Position numbers and translations under genes: made by a program. A DNA stretch of 64,000 nucleotides from Leptonemataceae bacterium. Its GTDB lineage: Bacteria > Spirochaetota > Leptospiria > Leptospirales > Leptonemataceae. The notes under the pieces were generated by a model. That model was given only the letters and a program-made list of their open reading frames with translations. It had not been told where the DNA came from and searched no databases. Positions 58,716 to 64,000 of this stretch are shown in pieces (position 1 is the first letter of the stretch; every line of letters starts with the position of its first letter). The stretch is from assembly GCA_965227295.1 (NCBI GenBank), contig OZ245742.1:3712001-3776000 (forward strand), given 5' to 3'.

Positions 58716-58731
58716 CAGTCGCCGGAACGAC

Positions 58732-59826
58732 TCAATCCGTATGCGGCATGTTGTAGATCTCGGTGGACTCTTTCTCCGCGAGTTCCATTTGCAGTTTCGT
58801 ATACACCTGCCGCGCCGTAATCCAGTTGAGACAGGCGAGATCGCCGCGGCGGCAGGCGCGGTCCCCGGTAATCGAACACGGGCGGCAACTGAGATCCTTC
58901 GGCGCAACTTCGATGATCGTATTCTCCGGCTGGCCGTAGGGACCGAAGCCGGAAAAGTAGTGCGTGGCGCCCCAGATCGAAAGCACCTTCTTGCCGAGTA
59001 AAGCCGCCAGGTGCATGTTGAAAGCGTCCATCGAGATCATGATGTCCATTTTTAAGATGAGCGCCATTTCTCCTTCCAGCGGTAGTTCGCCGGCCACCAG
59101 AACCGTGTTCGGAAACTTCGCCCGCATTTCGCGGAGACGGCGGATTTCTTTCTCCCCGCCGCCGAAGAGAAAGACCGTCGCGTTCATGTTGCGATGAATG
59201 AGGCTCAGGAGTTCATGGGTGTGTACCGGCGGCCAGGTTTTCTGAGGGGTGCCCGCAAACGGGGCGATGCCGATCCAGGTGTTGCGTTTGTTCTCCGTGT
59301 TGGATCGCAACCGAAACTCCTTCGCGAGGGCCCGGCACTGGGTGTCGGGATTGATGAACGGCCCGGAGCCGGCCGGCTTTGCGTGCAGGCCGGCGCGCTC
59401 GAATACGTGCATATAGCGCTCAATGACGTGGGGCAGGGGCTTCAGGATCTTGTTACGCGGCCGCGTGTGCAGGCGCTTCTCCCGCTGACCTTTGACGATC
59501 GACGCAAACTTAATCCCGGAGAAACCTAAGAAAAACTTTAGAAAACGCGAGCGAAAGGTCGCCTGAAGATCGATGCCGTGGGTGTACGGGCCGAGCTTGA
59601 GCAGTTCGCGATAAAGCCGGTAGAGACCGTAGAGACCGCGGTACTCGCGATCCAGGTCCACGCCGATGACTTCGACTCCGGGAATGTTATGAAAAAAGGC
59701 TTCGAATTCTTTGCGCGTCACCAGAATGACATGCAGATTGGAATAATCGCGAGCGAGGGCGTCGAGCACCGGCGCCAGGAGGGCGACGTCACCGAGCTTT
59801 GTGAATCGCAGTACGAGAAGACGCAT
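58732..59826 (-). CDS. Glycosyltransferase family 9 (heptosyltransferase-like)
   Basis: RFTKLGDV, KTWP, D...MHLAA, WGAT and CRPCS motifs. Confidence 0.9.
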   Translation of the reverse strand: MRLLVLRFTKLGDVALLAPVLDALARDYSNLHVILVTRKEFEAFFHNIPGVEVIGVDLDREYRGLYGLYRLYRELLKLGPYTHGIDLQATFRSRFLKFFLGFSGIKFASIVKGQREKRLHTRPRNKILKPLPHVIERYMHVFERAGLHAKPAGSGPFINPDTQCRALAKEFRLRSNTENKRNTWIGIAPFAGTPQKTWPPVHTHELLSLIHRNMNATVFLFGGGEKEIRRLREMRAKFPNTVLVAGELPLEGEMALILKMDIMISMDAFNMHLAALLGKKVLSIWGATHYFSGFGPYGQPENTIIEVAPKDLSCRPCSITGDRACRRGDLACLNWITARQVYTKLQMELAEKESTEIYNMPHTD

Positions 59827-59832
59827 TCGAGC

Positions 59833-60456
59833 TCAAAAACCGGAAGCTCCGGTCTTGTTGTACAACACGGGGTTCAACTGCTCGTCGTTGTACATTTTCA
59901 TTTGACGGTATACTTTCATATATCGTCGACCGGAGCGTATGTCCTCAATGAGTTCGTCCAGGCAACGACTCAGATCGCGGCGTTGTTCCAGGAGGACCTC
60001 CAGTGACGAGCGGCTGCGTTCAATGTGGTCGATGTCCACGTCCTCGCGCTCGGTCTGCTGCTGCCAGTGATAGACCTTCAACGCCAGGATCGACAGGCGG
60101 TCAATGAGCCAGGCCGGAGTCTCGGAGTTCAGCCGGGCGTCCGGTCGCCGCGGAGCGCCGAGGAACCAGTGGAGGAACCAGTCGTCGATGCGCTCGACGG
60201 TATCGGTGCGACGCTGGTTGGAGGCGTCGATGCGCCGCTTCAACTGCATGATGGTTTCGCCGGAGAGCTCCGGATGGCGAATCTCATCCTCTAAGTGCCA
60301 CTGCACCGTATCGATCCAGTTCTTGTGATACAGCAACCACTCGATGCTGCCGCCCTGTTCGGCGAAGGGATTGCGTTCCGGCTGGTCGACGTTGTCAGAA
60401 ACGTGATAGTCCGCGATGCAGCGATCGAAGATGGAATTACACAGGGCCGCGTCCAT
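59833..60456 (-). CDS. DUF4254 domain protein
   Basis: QWHLEDEIR, KRRIDASNQRRTD.VE.ID, ETPAWLIDRLSIL.LK and KMYND..LNP motifs. Confidence 0.85.
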   Translation of the reverse strand: MDAALCNSIFDRCIADYHVSDNVDQPERNPFAEQGGSIEWLLYHKNWIDTVQWHLEDEIRHPELSGETIMQLKRRIDASNQRRTDTVERIDDWFLHWFLGAPRRPDARLNSETPAWLIDRLSILALKVYHWQQQTEREDVDIDHIERSRSSLEVLLEQRRDLSRCLDELIEDIRSGRRYMKVYRQMKMYNDEQLNPVLYNKTGASGF

Positions 60457-60615
60457 GAATTAGATTCAGTAAAAATGTAACATAGCTCTACCAACAAGAA
60501 CAAAACGCTCTCTCCGGGGACGCTTCGCAACCGTCGCGGGATTCTGGCATGATAATTGCTTCCGAAACTGCTGAAAACCCATGTTCCTCCCGGGAGCACG
60601 GGTCGTGGGAAAGAC

Positions 60616-61257
60616 ATGAACCCTACCAGCAAATCGATCTACTCTCGGGCCCGAAGCGACGAAAAGCACCATCGACTGGACATCACCATTCAAGAAGAAG
60701 CGCCCGGACTCCGCATGAAAATCGACGCTGAGATGAATGAGGTGGGCGTCCTGTTCCGTCTCTGCGCCGTGCTGTACTCGTACGGCTGGAACATCCGTTC
60801 CGCTCGCATTCATTCCCCGGATGAGAAGCGGATCAGCGACGAATTTCACATCATTCCCGGGGAGGACCCCGCGGTCATGGATGAGGAGTCCGTGCGCAAT
60901 CTCATCGACGATCTGGAGCGCCTGCTTTTCGCCGGTGTGTCCGTGTTGGAGTTCCTGACCGAGCGGCAGGCCCGGGTGCCGCGTTACTCCCAGGAGGCCG
61001 CGGGCGGCAAGGTCAGCCTCAAGACCGGGCCGAAAAAGCGTACTTACATAGAAGTTACCGGCCCGGACCAGCGCGGCCTCCTGCTGTCGCTTTCCCAGGC
61101 CTTCTACTTGATGGACATTAACATTTTCGAGGCGGAGATCGAAACGACGAAGGAAGGAGGCATTCGCAACACCTTCTACGTGGACCCCGGCGACGCCCGC
61201 TTCCAGAGCCCGGAGTTTCAGCGCCGGCTCTGTGAAGAATTGCAAATGCTCTACTGA
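60616..61257 (+). CDS. Tandem ACT-domain protein resembling the GlnD C-terminus
   Basis: GVLFRL...WNIRSARI...DEF and TYIEV.GPDQRGLL...INI..A.I.T...NTFYV motifs. Confidence 0.75.
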   Translation: MNPTSKSIYSRARSDEKHHRLDITIQEEAPGLRMKIDAEMNEVGVLFRLCAVLYSYGWNIRSARIHSPDEKRISDEFHIIPGEDPAVMDEESVRNLIDDLERLLFAGVSVLEFLTERQARVPRYSQEAAGGKVSLKTGPKKRTYIEVTGPDQRGLLLSLSQAFYLMDINIFEAEIETTKEGGIRNTFYVDPGDARFQSPEFQRRLCEELQMLY

Positions 61258-61281
61258 GCACCGTTCATTCGTGTGATCCTG

Positions 61282-62109
61282 TCAGGATGATTCGCCGGAG
61301 AGTTCCCGGCTGCGCTCCGCCGCCCGCTCTACAGCCCGCATCACAGCGCCGTGAAAGCCCGCATCCTCCAGCTCCGCCAGGCCGGCAATGGTTGTGCCCC
61401 CGGGCGAGGTGACGCGGTTCCGCCACTCATCGGGATGCTCTCCCGTGGAGCGCAGCAGTTCGGCCGCCCCCGCCACCGTGGCCCGGGCCAGTTCCAGAGC
61501 AGAATCGTAGGGCAGGCCGGCCAGGACCCCTCCCTCCGCCAGGGCCTGAATAAAGGCGAACACGTAGGCCGGACCGGACCCGGAGAGGCCGGTCACGGCG
61601 TGCATGAGCTGCTCCGACTTCAACCGGACGACGCTGCCCGTGGGCGAGAAAATCCTCTCGGTGAGTCCAAATAATTCGTCGTTCTCGCAAAAAATTCCAC
61701 AGACACCAGCGCCGACTAAAGCTGAAATATTAGGCATTACGCGCGAAATTTGTAAGTTTTGCCTGGCGCCTTCGTTAAGATGCTCTGGAAATGAGCGCCG
61801 TAGTGTATCCGTGCTCAGGCCGGCCGCGATGGAGACATATTTTTTTCCCCCGCTCAATTCACCCAGGGCCGCCGCCATATCCTGGGGTTTGACAGCCAGG
61901 ATCAAAATATCCGCGGCCCGTTCCAGTTCCGCGGCGGAGCGTACGAAGTTGATGCCGTCGCCGAGTTCCGCGCGAACGGCTTCCACCGCGCCGGGTGCCG
62001 GATCAAAGGCTGACATGGTTTGCCCGGGATGTTCACGCAGAATGCCCCCGGCGATGGAGCGTCCCATCTTACCGATGCCGAGAAAGCCGATGTGCGGTAG
62101 CGATTCCAT
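61282..62109 (-). CDS. proC: Pyrroline-5-carboxylate reductase
   Basis: GFLGIGKMG, LAVKPQ, SIAAG, RVMPN, SGSGPAY and VTSPGGTT motifs. Confidence 0.96.
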   Translation of the reverse strand: MESLPHIGFLGIGKMGRSIAGGILREHPGQTMSAFDPAPGAVEAVRAELGDGINFVRSAAELERAADILILAVKPQDMAAALGELSGGKKYVSIAAGLSTDTLRRSFPEHLNEGARQNLQISRVMPNISALVGAGVCGIFCENDELFGLTERIFSPTGSVVRLKSEQLMHAVTGLSGSGPAYVFAFIQALAEGGVLAGLPYDSALELARATVAGAAELLRSTGEHPDEWRNRVTSPGGTTIAGLAELEDAGFHGAVMRAVERAAERSRELSGESS

Positions 62110-62226
62110 ATGAGCCTCCAACATGGAGGTTCTAAGCCACGCGACAATCGAATTCCCGCAAGTCCGGTGCTGTCGGTCGCTAAAAAAAGGAATTGTCATT
62201 CCGCGGCCGGTGTGGGAGAATCATGT

Positions 62227-62580
62227 ATGGCAAATGAACAACAGTACACCACGCTGAAAGACTTCTGGCCGTTTTATCTGCGAGAGCATTCCGATTCCGT
62301 GAACCGTGGTTTTCATTACGTCGGCAGCACGCTGGTGCTCGGCATCATTGCCGCGGCGATCTACTTCGCGAATGCCTGGCTGCTGTTGCTGTGTCCGGTG
62401 GCCGGTTACGGTTTTGCCTGGGTGGGGCACTTCTTCATTGAGAAGAACCGTCCGGCGACGTTTACGTATCCCGTCTGGTCGCTCATCTCCGACTGGATCA
62501 TGTACGGTTGCTTTCTCACGGGACGCATCGGCAAAGAGTTGCGAAAAGCCGGAGCGACGAAAGAAAGCGTCGCGGCCTGA
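62227..62580 (+). CDS. DUF962/Mpo1-like membrane protein
   Basis: FWPFYLREH...NR..H and AWVGHFFIEKNRPATF.YP motifs. Confidence 0.9.
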   Translation: MANEQQYTTLKDFWPFYLREHSDSVNRGFHYVGSTLVLGIIAAAIYFANAWLLLLCPVAGYGFAWVGHFFIEKNRPATFTYPVWSLISDWIMYGCFLTGRIGKELRKAGATKESVAA

Positions 62581-62982
62581 TCACTCTGACAGATAATCTC
62601 CGCTGTCGATGAGCCGTGCGTCCGCCGGCAGCGGGTGATTGTACAGATACACCCAGGCCCGCACGATCGTTCCGTCGCTCCGACGAACCTCGCGTTGTTC
62701 GCGCACGTACTCCGCCGGCTCCGGGAACTCCGGGCCGGCCTCCTCGTAACGATCCAGGGCACGTAAGAACTCCTCGCGTTCCCGTACAATCCTGTACACC
62801 TCGCCGCGGACCACGTCGTCCTCGGTCGCGGATTCCAGGACACCCGGGTACCAGTCGATGGCGTAGAGCTTTCCCTGGAACGTTGCGGGGCCTGCGTCTT
62901 CACAGCACCGCTCAATCCAGGCATGCATGCTATGATTGGCCGCGCGGCGCAGGGATCCGTAGACGAACAGGTACTCGTTCAT
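62581..62982 (-). CDS. Gamma-glutamylcyclotransferase (AIG2-like)
   Basis: LFVYGSLR, YPG, VRGEVY, LDRYEE and AWVY motifs. Confidence 0.9.
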   Translation of the reverse strand: MNEYLFVYGSLRRAANHSMHAWIERCCEDAGPATFQGKLYAIDWYPGVLESATEDDVVRGEVYRIVREREEFLRALDRYEEAGPEFPEPAEYVREQREVRRSDGTIVRAWVYLYNHPLPADARLIDSGDYLSE

Positions 62983-64000
62983 GCATCGACTTTCAGCTTC
63001 GCCGCGCGCCGATGACGTTGAACCGCAAGCTGGATGAGTTCGTCCAGCAGGTCCGGGAGCGGCAGGCCGCTCAGTTCCCAGAGCTTCGGGTACATGCTGA
63101 TGTGCGTGAACCCGGGCATGGTGTTGACTTCGTTTACGTAGATGGTGCCGTTCGGCGTTAAGAACATATCGACGCGAGTTAAGCCTTCCAGGCACAACGC
63201 CCGGTACGTACGAATGGACATCTCCCGGGCCAGTTCCACCTCGGCCGCACTGAGTTTCGCCGGCAATTCCAGGGCGGCGCCGCTCTCGTCCAAATACTTC
63301 GCGTCGTACGAGTAGAAGCCGCCCGCTTTCGGGATGATCTCGCCGATCACCTGCGACGCCCGCGGCTCTTCGTTGCCGAGCACGGCGCATTCAATCTCCC
63401 GGCCGACGATGGCTTCTTCGAGGACGACCTTATCGTCGTAGAGCAGGGCCTCGGTTACGGCCGCGCGTACGGCGGCCGCGTCTTCGGCGCGGGACACACC
63501 CACCGAAGACCCCATGTTCGCCGGCTTCACATAGACCGGTGTGCCGAGTTCTTTTATGATTTCCTGGAACTCATCGTCGCCGAGCTGTTCGGCCTCACCG
63601 CGCTGATAGACGCGAAAGCGTGCGTTGGGAATGCCGGCGTCGCGAAAGAGACGTTTCATGACGTCCTTATCCATGCCCACGGAACTGCCCAGGGTATCCG
63701 GGCCGGTGTAGGGCACATCCAGGAGCTTGAGCAATCCCTGAAGGCTGCCGTCCTCGCCGAAGGGGCCGTGGAGTACGGGGACGACCGCGTCGATTTCCAG
63801 GCTGCGTCCGTCGTCGCGAAAAAAGAGCGCATTCCGACCGCTGCCGGGGCTGAAGCCCAGCTCGCGACCGCCGGCCGGATTCAGTTCCGGGAGTTGGCGG
63901 CCTTCCCGATCCACAATGATCGCTTCCGGTTGTTCCGCCGCGAACCAGCGCCCGGTCTTATCGATGCCCACGGGGACGACGTCGTACCGCGAGCGATCCA
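62979..64000 (-). CDS. ddl: D-alanine--D-alanine ligase (5' end outside the window)
   Basis: LHGPFGEDG, MDK, KPANMGSSVG, GREIE, YSYDAKY and NEVNTMPGFT..SMYP motifs. Confidence 0.96.
   Translation of the reverse strand, partial: DRSRYDVVPVGIDKTGRWFAAEQPEAIIVDREGRQLPELNPAGGRELGFSPGSGRNALFFRDDGRSLEIDAVVPVLHGPFGEDGSLQGLLKLLDVPYTGPDTLGSSVGMDKDVMKRLFRDAGIPNARFRVYQRGEAEQLGDDEFQEIIKELGTPVYVKPANMGSSVGVSRAEDAAAVRAAVTEALLYDDKVVLEEAIVGREIECAVLGNEEPRASQVIGEIIPKAGGFYSYDAKYLDESGAALELPAKLSAAEVELAREMSIRTYRALCLEGLTRVDMFLTPNGTIYVNEVNTMPGFTHISMYPKLWELSGLPLPDLLDELIQLAVQRHRRAAKLKVDA

Overview
GC-rich chromosomal window from a spirochete, most likely Leptospiraceae-like, judged from the FlaA-like sheath gene, the style of FlgB/FlgC/FliE/FliF/FliG and the SGNH/MBOAT pairs. 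The backbone is housekeeping: ispG, lepB, rnd, htrA, coaX, tkt N-terminal half, ppc, copA, lptF/G, proC and ddl. Three accessory features stand out. (1) fliF and fliG are separated by about 8 kb. This interval encodes two proteins that look built from re-shuffled flagellar C-ring interaction modules: a FliG-N-like domain followed by a near-copy of the FliF C-terminal peptide, and a FliM-N 'EIDALL'-type CheY-binding motif fused to a FliG-C-like domain. It also holds a nucleotidyltransferase pair, an intact group II intron whose removal restores the frame of a pentapeptide-repeat gene, and a trypsin-like lipoprotein. (2) A flagellin homologue carries an apparent Sec signal peptide and degenerate D0 ends. 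(3) There are several non-coding repeat families, one of which is read through as the C-terminal tail of a pseudouridine synthase. I saw no CRISPR array, tRNA or rRNA. All functional calls come from motif recognition by eye; no database searches were run.
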